A stretch of 37,437 bases of DNA, taken from positions 1-37,437 of the forward strand of contig CAYLOA010000010.1 of assembly GCA_964385185.1 (NCBI GenBank), read 5' to 3'. Every line of letters starts with the position of its first letter. Position 1 is the first letter of the stretch. The position numbers and the translations under genes are program-made. The DNA comes from an uncultured Methanosarcinales archaeon. GTDB taxonomy: Archaea > Nanobdellota > Nanobdellia > Woesearchaeales > CALCXY01. Positions 19,587-28,736 of this stretch are shown here, piece by piece. The notes under the pieces were generated by a model. It did no database searches, was not told the origin of the DNA, and saw only the letters and a list, made by a program, of their open reading frames with translations.

Positions 19587-20132
19587 TTACTTGAGAGTAG
19601 TTACTTCAAAGCCATTACCAATGTTGATAGTTTTAGTATCATATTTGCCTACAAAGTCTCGATACTCTTCAGTTTCTTCTGGATGGGTAGAAATATTGTC
19701 AGCGATTACAATAGCATCTGGATTTAGTTTTAATAATACTGATTTAAAGATATTAATATATTGATCTTTACTGATATCAATAAAAACCAAGTCGAATTTC
19801 TCGTCTAAAGTGGGGATTACTTTCTGGCAAGAACCCCCTTGGAGTTGTATATTAGTAAGATTGCATTTTTTGAAGTTTTCTTCTGCAATCTTGTTTCTTT
19901 CTGCGTTGTTATCAACACCAATAATCTTTCCACCGGTCTCTGTTAATGCATCTGCCATGTAAATGGTTGAAAACCCATGAGATACTCCTAATTCAAGGAC
20001 ATTTTTAATGTTTTTTTCCTTGATTAATGTAGAAAGATACTCTCCTTGTTCAGCTGTTATAGGCCAGACGTTTCCTTTAGTTTTGGAAATAGTAGAGATA
20101 GCGTCTAAGACTGTCTGAATTGTAGAGTTCAT
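19587..20132 (-). CDS. SAM-dependent O-methyltransferase (YrrM/COMT-like)
   Basis: VLELGVSHGFST, FDLVFIDISK, IVIADN. Confidence 0.88.
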   Translation of the reverse strand: MNSTIQTVLDAISTISKTKGNVWPITAEQGEYLSTLIKEKNIKNVLELGVSHGFSTIYMADALTETGGKIIGVDNNAERNKIAEENFKKCNLTNIQLQGGSCQKVIPTLDEKFDLVFIDISKDQYINIFKSVLLKLNPDAIVIADNISTHPEETEEYRDFVGKYDTKTINIGNGFEVTTLK

Positions 20133-20137
20133 AAGAA

Positions 20138-20518
20138 TTACTTGATAAGAACTGCATTAATTGTACCGTGTTGTCCAGGTCGTGAAGTCACTTTAGCTTT
20201 TCCTGCTTCGGTTTCAATCTCAGCACCCTTAGTAATAATGTTTCTTCTTGCGAAGTGTCGTGAAGCTGGATTTCCAACAACGGATTTAATGACTGATTTA
20301 GTAGATTTCTTTGATTTAGGATCGTAAACGTTTGCAACATCTTGAGCTAGGAGTTTAACTTTTTCTGCTCCTCCACGAGTTCTTACTTTCAATACTTTTT
20401 CTTTAGCAAGTTTAGTTAATGCTGAAATTCCAGCTAACTCATACTTCCGTTTCTTTCTAGAAGCTGTGATCTTTCCACCTTGTGGTGAAGTCGTAGCTCT
20501 TAATTGTGATTTTGCCAT
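20138..20518 (-). CDS. rps8e: 30S ribosomal protein S8e
   Basis: RKKRKYEL, RTRGG, NIITKGAEIET..GKAKVTSRPGQHGTINAVL. Confidence 0.97.
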   Translation of the reverse strand: MAKSQLRATTSPQGGKITASRKKRKYELAGISALTKLAKEKVLKVRTRGGAEKVKLLAQDVANVYDPKSKKSTKSVIKSVVGNPASRHFARRNIITKGAEIETEAGKAKVTSRPGQHGTINAVLIK

Positions 20519-20633
20519 GATAAGGAGAGAATTCAGGTTGTTTTTAAAGGTTGTGTTTTTTTAGCTTTCATAGCAAACTTTATAAAGAATTGCATTAATC
20601 TTTCATCTATTATTGTTTGAGGGGTACTAAAAA

Positions 20634-20858
20634 ATGGAACAATCAAGACCGTTAGATGCTTTAAATGCTGCAAGAGATAAGAATGTCATTGTAGAACTAA
20701 AAAATGGTAAACAATACCTAGGAAAATTAAAAGCATTTGACATTCATATTAATGTTGTCCTAGAGGACGCAGAAGAAAGAGAGAACGGAGAGACTAAAAG
20801 AAAGTTAGGCGTAACCTTTTTACGAGGAGATGCTATTATTCTTGTAAGTCCAGCTTAA
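20634..20858 (+). CDS. Sm-like archaeal protein (Lsm/SmAP)
   Basis: RPLDAL...GKLKAFDIHINVVL...LRGD; adjacent to rpl37e. Confidence 0.95.
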   Translation: MEQSRPLDALNAARDKNVIVELKNGKQYLGKLKAFDIHINVVLEDAEERENGETKRKLGVTFLRGDAIILVSPA

Positions 20859-20867
20859 TTCTGAAAA

Positions 20868-21038
20868 ATGAGTAAAGGAACACCATCAATGGGAAAGAAG
20901 TCTGGTAAGACAACTCACCTACGATGTCGAAGATGCGGAGAGCATACTTTTCATAAGAAAAAGAAAAGATGTGCTAGCTGTGGATATGGAGATTCCTCTA
21001 AAACTCGAACATATAGTTGGAAGAAAGATAATAAATAA
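20868..21038 (+). CDS. rpl37e: 50S ribosomal protein L37e (not in ORF track)
   Basis: [41 protein letters not shown]. Confidence 0.96.
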   Translation: MSKGTPSMGKKSGKTTHLRCRRCGEHTFHKKKKRCASCGYGDSSKTRTYSWKKDNK

Positions 21039-21092
21039 AATTATAATTTCTGAAAATATCTTTTTGACGTCTTAATTTAGAACACTATAATT

Positions 21093-21932
21093 CTATTCTG
21101 TATTTCCCGTCCTAAACTCAGGAGGAAGATAGTTATCTGGAATGTCTAGATCATGTTCTGCAACAAGATGGAAGTTAGTCAAGGTATTTGTTTCAGAATC
21201 GACTAAAACTAAATCTAATACTCTTTCATAACAATTAATCCTGATTTGAATGATAGTAATAAGGTCACAATAATCTCGATTTCCTTCTAGCTGTGCCAAT
21301 TTCTTTCTACATTGACTATCTCGGTAGAAACCATCTTGGATAGATCGGCAACGATCAACATCTTTCTCTAGTAATGCAATATCTCTCATGCATCTGTGTC
21401 TTGTTGAGTCTGTAACAATTTTTTTACACAATTCAAAGTCATTTCTCGTCTTTTGGAGCTCGACAATACAATTATCTCTTAAATCTGCAAAACCAATACT
21501 TGAACATCGGTCTGTGTTGTTCATCTTGATTGAGATCTGCATCTGACAGACATCCAACCATCTTTCGTCTACGAATCGTAAGGTGTCACATAATACTGGT
21601 TCATTTCTTGCTAGTGCAATATCTGTAATGCAAGAACCATGCGTTTGATTTGTTAATAACTCACATAGTTTTGGTGCACCAGTTTCAACAGCAATTGAGC
21701 TTATACAATATTCTTTTAAGTCTATATTAGTCACGTCATTACACATCACTACGGATTGATTACCGATGGCATGATCTGCAACACATAATTGTCTTTCATA
21801 TTTATCTTTAAACTCAGAACAGGGTCCTGATGGAGTTGCCATATATATAATTGCAATTATAGCGACTAAAAGAATGATTATTCCGCCGAGTTTTAATGCA
21901 ACATTAGATGTTGGTTGTTTTTTTTCTGACAT
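21093..21932 (-). CDS. Membrane-anchored Cys-repeat surface protein
   Basis: N-terminal TM followed by repeated C-xx-I-x(5-6)-(R)D-x-C units. Confidence 0.8.
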   Translation of the reverse strand: MSEKKQPTSNVALKLGGIIILLVAIIAIIYMATPSGPCSEFKDKYERQLCVADHAIGNQSVVMCNDVTNIDLKEYCISSIAVETGAPKLCELLTNQTHGSCITDIALARNEPVLCDTLRFVDERWLDVCQMQISIKMNNTDRCSSIGFADLRDNCIVELQKTRNDFELCKKIVTDSTRHRCMRDIALLEKDVDRCRSIQDGFYRDSQCRKKLAQLEGNRDYCDLITIIQIRINCYERVLDLVLVDSETNTLTNFHLVAEHDLDIPDNYLPPEFRTGNTE

Positions 21933-22024
21933 TTATAGCTTGATGGCATGGGGGGTTTATATGTTTTATGGAAGTGAATTGTATAGAAATGTTTAAATAC
22001 ACACTGCATTCTTCAAATCAATGC

Positions 22025-22159
22025 GTGGAGATGCCGGAGTGGCCAAACGGGATAGATTGTTCCAAGAAATTGGATAAGTCCTAGCTTAGGTCGCCCAGGT
22101 GTGGGCGTAAGGTACCTATTGGCTTAGTGTCTACGGGAGTTCGAATCTTCCTCTCCACA
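22025..22159 (+). tRNA. tRNA-Leu(TAG) with two introns (22056-22083 at 30/31; 22091-22113 at 37/38)
   Basis: Acceptor GTGGAGA/TCTCCAC+A and long variable arm; removing both introns gives ATAGG-CTTAGGA-CCTAT; both junction pairs form bulge-helix-bulge motifs. Confidence 0.9.
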
Positions 22160-22204
22160 TCATTTTTCTTTTAATTTTTGTAGATCTGGAATAGTTGATG
22201 GCTG

Positions 22205-22320
22205 AGTCACCACTACTACCGGCATGCACAGCATGCAGTAGTGGTGATTGTGTCTTACTCTGAGGGCTCGCAGTCGTAAGACTGCGAGAGTTGGCACTCT
22301 GTGAGTGCCATTTTACTTTT
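22205..22320 (+). ncRNA. Unrecognised structured element, copy B
   Basis: AGTCACCACTAC-TACCG-GCATGC-ACA-GCATGC-A-GTAGTGGTGATT, then CTCGCAGTC-GTAA-GACTGCGAG, then AGTTGGCACTC-TGT-GAGTGCCA, then TTTTACTTTT. Confidence 0.72.
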
Positions 22321-22657
22321 ACTTACAGTGTTTTTAAGAAAATAGAACAAAAATAACTCACTTTTACCTAATGCCTAACTTAAATCTGTGATAGTTGGCT
22401 CATTTGCCTCAAAATACCCCTATTTTTGGGCTAAATGAGCACTCTTTATCAGATATATTATATAGTTGTAAAATTATACAGAAATACCGTAAAATGGAGC
22501 TAAAAATGAGTGTTTTTAAGAGGAGAACAATCATCCACAATAAACCGTGTGATGAAAATAAACTACTTAGTAGTGATAAAGTACTGAAGTTGTTGAATTC
22601 TAATAGTACAAGGCTTGTAGAGCAAAATACACCATATAATGGAGATAGTGCTTACGA

Positions 22658-22776
22658 AACCTTTATAAGTCAGTAGTTAACAAAGTAGTAGAATCAGCTC
22701 TCTCGCTGAACTTAGAGGCAAAACCCTAAGGAGAGCAGCTAGATAATAATAATCGAACAGACACGGAGGTGTTTAG
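22658..22776 (+). promoter_or_regulatory. S-layer gene promoter and structured 5' UTR of about 80 nt
   Basis: AACCTTTATAAG box; hairpin 22696-22740; SD GGAGGTG at 22765-22771. Confidence 0.65.
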
Positions 22777-25416
22777 ATGAAAATAAGGAAAGCAATTAAG
22801 AAGATTGTTGCATTGGGAACTGGCCTATCAATGGTTGGAGCAACTATGCTTGGAGCTAGCGCGGCTTCAGGACTAAACGAATACCCTAACCCGTTTATCA
22901 AGAATGGTGTGTTTAACGGCATTATCGTTTTTGGTGACACAGCAGCTGCATCAGATGTTGCAGGAGCTGTAGATATTGCAACTACCCTACAATTTCAAGC
23001 AAAAGTTGATGTACCTGTAGGTTCTGGAAGCAGTGTTAATGTTGCTGTTGCAGGAGATGCTTATCAGGTCTCAGATGGATCCGATATCCTAGAAATAGGA
23101 GAGACTCTATACAACGTAACAGAAGTTGTAACAAAGGATGACTTGACTGTTTTAGCTAGTGGAACACTAGATAATTCACAAGGAAGCTTTGACTACAATC
23201 AATACTTGAAGTTCAATGAAACTGCTGAGCAGTATGTTGACTTCGCTATCGACGATGACGACGATGAAGATATCCCAGCGGATTATCTATACATTAAGTC
23301 AGGTCATGATATCTTTCAGTATGAACTTGAGTTCCAAGAACCTGCTGAGTCAGATGTTACTGATGCCGATGGAAATTCAGCTACCAATGGTGGAAAACTT
23401 TATGACTTCGAAGATGAAGATCTTTGGATAATGGGTAAAAAGTTTACCATAACAAAAGCTGAAAGAGCTGGTTCTGCAAAGAACAACACTAAATTAACAT
23501 TATTTGGTGGAGACGTTTCAGACACTCTAGAAGAGGGACAAACTAAGACCTATTCCATTGAAGGAAAGGACTATGAAGTTACTGCCCTGATCATTGATGA
23601 TACAACTTCAACGGCTTCCGTTAAGTTAAAAATCAATGGTGAAGTTACAAGAAAACTTCTAGAAGATCAAACTGATAAACTATCAGATGGTTTAGAAGTT
23701 GGTATTCGAAACCTACTTGGAAACGAGGCAGGAGACGTTACACAAGATCTTGTAGAGTTTTACTTAGGTGTTGACGAAATCATCATTACAGACACTGACA
23801 TCGTAAGAAGCGGTGGTGGAAGTCTGGATGTTAGAGATGAATCAATCTCCGACGCTGATGTTGAAATTGTTGGTACAGACGATAACACAAAAGTTAAGAT
23901 CAGTAAGATCAGAATTAGACTGGCTGCTGATGACGATATTTATATCGGAGAAGGAAAAGGAGCACAAGAACAGTTGGATGATCCAGAAGGATTTTTCACT
24001 GGAAACTTTGACCTTGAATTCCATGGTATAAGTGTTGGTGAAGCGTCTAAAATCCACTTGAACAATGCAGGAGATAGACAGTATAAGCTATCCTTCTCAA
24101 ATCGAGATGGAACAGAGTATGATTTCCCGTTAGTTTCCATTATCTCCTCAGGAGAGAATAGAATGGGAGACGATTCTGGTAGACGAGACTTGATCTTCTC
24201 AGAGAACCAATCTGGTCACAATTTGGCTTTATTGGCTTATCCGATTGAAGACGAGGATACGTTCATCGTTAACGACAACAAAGCTCTTGGTGTTCGACAA
24301 ACTGGATTCACACACGTCCTTCAATATAAGGATCAGGATTCAACGAACAATGTTCTTAAGTTTAAGGACAAAGGAACTGGAGACAACATCGAGGTATCTT
24401 ATACCACTGTTGGTGCTACATCTGACGCTCAGATTATCATCGGTGGAAAAGAGTTTAAGGTACTATTAAGTGCTGATACAGATGATGCAAACATCACTGT
24501 AGACCTTGATGGAGACGGATCCGTTCAAGCAGGAGACACACCATTTATCGTTACAAAGGGCGGTGTGTACATGAACTTAACAACTAACGGTAGCTGTTTC
24601 GTTGCATGTACAACAGGAAATATTATGAATATTTCCTTGTTTGCTGACTCAGACGATATTGATGATGGTTCAGAAGAAGAGGTTTTAGTTGTACCTATTA
24701 CGGTAAGCTCAAGCCCTGAACTTGATATCGGAACTGTTGATTACTTTGCAGTTGATCTTAAGAGCGGAAGTGCAAGAATTGCATCCTTATCAGGATATGC
24801 AAACCACTTTCAATCTGGTCTACACAAAGTTGGTTCAACTGACGATAGACAAGAAAGAACCACATACGGTATTTTGGTTGAACAACTTGTGGACACAAAC
24901 GGTCCAGACGAGCTAACTTTTAGTGTACCAGACGGTCAAGCTGAAGCATTGGTATTCTTTACCGCAAATGCACCAGCTATTACCAAAACGTCCACTGAAG
25001 GCGGAAGCGCAGTTAGCGCTCAAGTTACACCAATCGCACTTGGTACTGCAAAACTTGCATCAGAAGTTTCTGACGTTAAAGGTCAGAATGCTATTGTTGT
25101 AGGAGGACCATGTGTAAACACAGCTGCTGCTACCTTACTTGGTAACCCATCTGATTGTACATCAGGGTTCAATGAAGGAAAAGCTACTGTTAAGCTATGG
25201 GAGCATACAAACGGAAACGTTGCAATGCTTATCGCTGGTTTCAGCGCGCTTGACACAAGAAGAGCTGCTAGAGTTGTAGCTGAGGGAACGAAGCTTGCAG
25301 ATCTAGACGATGGTGTAATGGAAGTTGAAGTCGCAGGTACAACCTTGACTGAAGCAACTGTTAGTGTACCAGCTCCAGTAGCTGCTGCACCTGCTGAAGA
25401 AGCAGACGCTGAATAG
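22777..25416 (+). CDS. S-layer protein (Methanococcales/Thermococcales-like S-layer N/C domains)
   Basis: IKKIVALGTG..MVGAT signal, YPNPFIKNG..IIVFGDTAAASDV..A.DI, NAIVVGGPCVN; acidic; strong SD and T-rich terminator. Confidence 0.9.
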   Translation: MKIRKAIKKIVALGTGLSMVGATMLGASAASGLNEYPNPFIKNGVFNGIIVFGDTAAASDVAGAVDIATTLQFQAKVDVPVGSGSSVNVAVAGDAYQVSDGSDILEIGETLYNVTEVVTKDDLTVLASGTLDNSQGSFDYNQYLKFNETAEQYVDFAIDDDDDEDIPADYLYIKSGHDIFQYELEFQEPAESDVTDADGNSATNGGKLYDFEDEDLWIMGKKFTITKAERAGSAKNNTKLTLFGGDVSDTLEEGQTKTYSIEGKDYEVTALIIDDTTSTASVKLKINGEVTRKLLEDQTDKLSDGLEVGIRNLLGNEAGDVTQDLVEFYLGVDEIIITDTDIVRSGGGSLDVRDESISDADVEIVGTDDNTKVKISKIRIRLAADDDIYIGEGKGAQEQLDDPEGFFTGNFDLEFHGISVGEASKIHLNNAGDRQYKLSFSNRDGTEYDFPLVSIISSGENRMGDDSGRRDLIFSENQSGHNLALLAYPIEDEDTFIVNDNKALGVRQTGFTHVLQYKDQDSTNNVLKFKDKGTGDNIEVSYTTVGATSDAQIIIGGKEFKVLLSADTDDANITVDLDGDGSVQAGDTPFIVTKGGVYMNLTTNGSCFVACTTGNIMNISLFADSDDIDDGSEEEVLVVPITVSSSPELDIGTVDYFAVDLKSGSARIASLSGYANHFQSGLHKVGSTDDRQERTTYGILVEQLVDTNGPDELTFSVPDGQAEALVFFTANAPAITKTSTEGGSAVSAQVTPIALGTAKLASEVSDVKGQNAIVVGGPCVNTAAATLLGNPSDCTSGFNEGKATVKLWEHTNGNVAMLIAGFSALDTRRAARVVAEGTKLADLDDGVMEVEVAGTTLTEATVSVPAPVAAAPAEEADAE

Positions 25417-25427
25417 GTCTAAAAAAC

Positions 25428-25470
25428 CTTTTTATTTTTTCTTTTTTTTTATTTTTTCTACTTTATTTTA
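25428..25470 (+). terminator. T-rich archaeal-type terminator of the S-layer gene
   Basis: Long T tracts just after the stop codon. Confidence 0.6.
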
Positions 25471-25520
25471 ACTGAACTTTAACAGAAAACTTTAAATACT
25501 ACTTTGTTTAAAAAAGAGCT

Positions 25521-26243
25521 ATGAAAAAGGTATTAATTCTACTATTATTGGTCTTAGTAGCCTGTGCAGTGCCAATTGAGCCTGCTGGAGGCGATAATGT
25601 ACAAGATACTACACCTGAACCTACTCCTATAGAGATAGAGACTCAGGAAGAGATTGTGGAGACTTCACCTACCGTTGTAGATTCTATTGACGAGGATGTC
25701 AAGCAATTACTAGGCAGAATGGGTAATATTCAATCATATTCTTATCATGATACGAGAGGTACCTTAGATACGTTCCATATACGAGGAGATATGGTGAGAA
25801 TAGACTTACATAATCAAAAACAATACAATGAATTATATTCATATGATACTGTTCTATGGGATCGAAGCTCAGGAAGTGTTTTGGGCTACTGTACTGATTC
25901 TGGATTTTGTGACGCAAGAGCTAGAGAAGTGTATTTTGAAGTTAAATATCCTGCAAAAGGAACTATCTTGGATGCTTTAGGTATTGCTGATGACTGGGTA
26001 AGTGCACACTTTACAGGATCTACTGAACAATTAGATAGAACTCAAGTCAGAGAGGTTGCATTTAAATTGAGTGCTACTAAAAACGGAACTGCATTATTAG
26101 ATAATTATTACGGAGTTCCCCATGTTATTCAGTACTATGAAAGTGGAAACCCTACAGATAGAATTGAATTTACTAGTTTAAAGATTGATACTGTAAAGGA
26201 AAAAGATATGAGTATAGATTCTGATTTTACTAAGATAGATTAA
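25521..26243 (+). CDS. Putative lipoprotein
   Basis: MKKVLILLLLVLVA-C lipobox-like signal. Confidence 0.75.
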   Translation: MKKVLILLLLVLVACAVPIEPAGGDNVQDTTPEPTPIEIETQEEIVETSPTVVDSIDEDVKQLLGRMGNIQSYSYHDTRGTLDTFHIRGDMVRIDLHNQKQYNELYSYDTVLWDRSSGSVLGYCTDSGFCDARAREVYFEVKYPAKGTILDALGIADDWVSAHFTGSTEQLDRTQVREVAFKLSATKNGTALLDNYYGVPHVIQYYESGNPTDRIEFTSLKIDTVKEKDMSIDSDFTKID

Positions 26244-27196
26244 AGAGCTTTAGCATAATAAAAGTTATGTGAGGCTTTCATGATTTTTACTTTAGCTATT
26301 CCAAATCTTTTTGCGTTGTAGACAATAATACATTTATCTTTGTAGATAGCTATTTTTTCATTCTCGTATTTTGAGTCCATTATAATATTGGCTTCTATCA
26401 CTTGTCCTCTTTTTGCAACTTTTGGTAGACTGGGTGTTTTAATGAGTTTGTCTACTTTGATTAACTTCATATTGAATTTAGTTTCAAGTTCTTGTAGATG
26501 TTTATAGAACTTTTTGAAAGGTACTGATGATACTGGATTTCTTCCTCGTCTATTTTTACAAAAGTTTTGTATGGATATTTCTGCTCCAATTTCTTTTGCA
26601 AAATTGACTATAGATTCTATCTCCTGTTCGTTTGTATTCTTCATGTAAACAGGTGTTAATACTAACTCTAATTGTTTAGCTGCGTATGTACATACTCTTC
26701 TTATTTTTTCAATATTGTATGCTTTTAATCCTGCAAGTTCTGCAGCTTTTTCGTTGGTGAAAGCGTTCATGCTTAATGATATTTGAGTTAATCCTGCTTC
26801 TTTGTAGTCGTCTATCTTCTTTTCGCTTAGTAATAGTCCGTTGGTGATTATGATTATCTTATTTACATGTTTTATTTTTCTGCAATCTTTGATTAAGGGA
26901 ATAAGATCGGGATATACTGTTGGATCTCCTTGTGGATTGATCCAGATATCCATCTTTGAGTCTTTGAATTCTACTATTTTTTTTATTTCTTCTGCTAGGT
27001 AGGATTCTTCGACGACAAAATCAGTTTTATATGTTGCTTTCGGACCTGCATTAACACTACAGAATGTGCAATTGATGTTACATAATGTTGTAGGTCTTAC
27101 TTCTAAGATATTTGTATTTCTATCTAAGACTCCAAAGTACATGGTGCCCATTAATGGGATACCTGATTTCTTTGTTATGTTTATTACATTTCGCAT
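26240..27196 (-). CDS. Radical SAM protein with C-terminal TRAM-like domain (COG2100-like)
   Basis: GIPLMG..FGVLDRNTNILEVRPTTLCNINCTFCSV (CxxxCxxC), ITNG. Confidence 0.85.
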   Translation of the reverse strand: MRNVINITKKSGIPLMGTMYFGVLDRNTNILEVRPTTLCNINCTFCSVNAGPKATYKTDFVVEESYLAEEIKKIVEFKDSKMDIWINPQGDPTVYPDLIPLIKDCRKIKHVNKIIIITNGLLLSEKKIDDYKEAGLTQISLSMNAFTNEKAAELAGLKAYNIEKIRRVCTYAAKQLELVLTPVYMKNTNEQEIESIVNFAKEIGAEISIQNFCKNRRGRNPVSSVPFKKFYKHLQELETKFNMKLIKVDKLIKTPSLPKVAKRGQVIEANIIMDSKYENEKIAIYKDKCIIVYNAKRFGIAKVKIMKASHNFYYAKAL

Positions 27197-27235
27197 AGAA
27201 ACTATAGGTTTGAGTGGGTATAAAAAGGTTCAGTT

Positions 27236-27904
27236 TTAGCCAGATTTTTTGATGGGGACAAATTTAATTCCTGTACCTAATTTCCTCGTACTTATTTTAC
27301 CTGGCTCTTTCTTTCCATACACTAAACAGCTATTAGGATTACAAGGATAGATGAATATTCCACCTTCATTTAGCTGAGTTCCTAGTTCTATATCTGGATA
27401 ATTCAAAGATACATAAGAAGCTGCAATAGTAATTCTATCATACGGTTGATTTCGAGGATATCCTTTAGAACCATCAGCACAGATTACTTCTATACCGTCT
27501 AATGTTCCAAAATGATTCCTTAAATTACTTTCTCCGAAATGTGCTAGTACTGGATCAAATTCTACGGTTGTAAGATGACCATCTCCTATTAATGTTTTTA
27601 CAAGGGCCTCAAAATATCCTGAACCTGTTCCTACAGTAAGGACTGACATCCCTTCCTTTAATTCTAAAGCATCCGCTAAGTATGCTACCATAGATGGCTG
27701 TGAGCAAGTGGATTGATGTTGCTCAATATTATGTGTTAATCTCAAGGGTGTATCTCTGTATGCAGATTCTTTTTGAAATTCAGGTAGAAAATTAGCTCGA
27801 TCAATTCCTTTTAATGCTTCTAACACTTTAGGATCTCTTGACGATTTTAATTCTAGGTAAAAAGGGTGCGTTGCAATTCTCTCTATTAAGGTATCATTGT
27901 CCAT
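27236..27904 (-). CDS. pcm: Protein-L-isoaspartate O-methyltransferase
   Basis: AYRDTPL, STCSQPSMVA, VGTGSGY, DGSKGYP..QPYDRI. Confidence 0.88.
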   Translation of the reverse strand: MDNDTLIERIATHPFYLELKSSRDPKVLEALKGIDRANFLPEFQKESAYRDTPLRLTHNIEQHQSTCSQPSMVAYLADALELKEGMSVLTVGTGSGYFEALVKTLIGDGHLTTVEFDPVLAHFGESNLRNHFGTLDGIEVICADGSKGYPRNQPYDRITIAASYVSLNYPDIELGTQLNEGGIFIYPCNPNSCLVYGKKEPGKISTRKLGTGIKFVPIKKSG

Positions 27905-27986
27905 ACATAGGGTATTTGTGAGGTGTTTATAGGGTTATTGTTCTTTAATCATAAACTTTATAAGGAATCTCAGTTCTCATTATTGT

Positions 27987-28736
27987 ATGACTGTGCCTAA
28001 AGTATTAATCGGATGTCCCACCTTTATTGGTAAAAAGTATTGTATCAATAAATACCTTAATGGGATTCAAGATTTAGATTATGACGAGAAGTATTTTACT
28101 ATTGTAGATAATTCTAAAGATGATGAATATCTAAAATTGCTTAAGAGTAAAGGAATAACAGCAGTAAAAGGTCCTCACTATCCAGATGATCCTGCTCGAT
28201 CCGTATTAGAGAGTAGAAATATGTTACGAGATAGATTTTTGAAAGGGGATTTTGAATATTTTCTTTCATTAGAGCAAGATGTAGTCTTGCCCAAAGATGG
28301 ATTGAAGAAATTAATGGAAAACAATCAACGAGTTACGAGTGCTGTGTATTTTGCATTAACAGATGTGAATAATAAACCTGCAATGGCTCCTATGGCATTT
28401 GTTAAAGTAGATAAAGAATGGTTTGATAAGATTAAAAATAATCCTAAGAAGTACAAAGATCAATATGAAATGTTAAAAAAACATGACTTTGATATTGAGA
28501 AAGTTGTTAGACGATTGAGATTACCAGAAGTTACGGGTGAGAAAACTATTGAAGTCAATCGAGTTGGATTGGGTGCTATGTTAATACACAGAGATGTCAT
28601 GGAGAAGATTAAATTTCGTAAAAATCCTAACGGTTTTGATGATATGACTTTTTGTGAAGATGTTCTTAAGAATAATTGGAAATTGATATTAGATACGGGT
28701 GTTAAATGTCAACACTTTTTAGAAGAAGGAGATTAA
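27987..28736 (+). CDS. Glycosyltransferase (GT-A/GT2-like)
   Basis: VLIGCPT, IVDNS, YFLSLEQDVV, GLGAMLIHRDV, DDMTFC. Confidence 0.8.
   Translation: MTVPKVLIGCPTFIGKKYCINKYLNGIQDLDYDEKYFTIVDNSKDDEYLKLLKSKGITAVKGPHYPDDPARSVLESRNMLRDRFLKGDFEYFLSLEQDVVLPKDGLKKLMENNQRVTSAVYFALTDVNNKPAMAPMAFVKVDKEWFDKIKNNPKKYKDQYEMLKKHDFDIEKVVRRLRLPEVTGEKTIEVNRVGLGAMLIHRDVMEKIKFRKNPNGFDDMTFCEDVLKNNWKLILDTGVKCQHFLEEGD

Noticed and set aside
22052..22061. Reading the tRNA as Asn(GTT)
   Set aside because: Long variable arm, discriminator A and the two-BHB solution give Leu(TAG) with a perfect anticodon stem.
22395..22676. 93-aa ORF upstream of the S-layer gene
   Set aside because: TTG start, no SD, runs through the S-layer TATA box, no recognisable motif.
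22761..22770. ACACGGAGGT matches the CsrA/RsmE consensus
   Set aside because: CsrA is bacterial, and the match is explained by the SD sequence.
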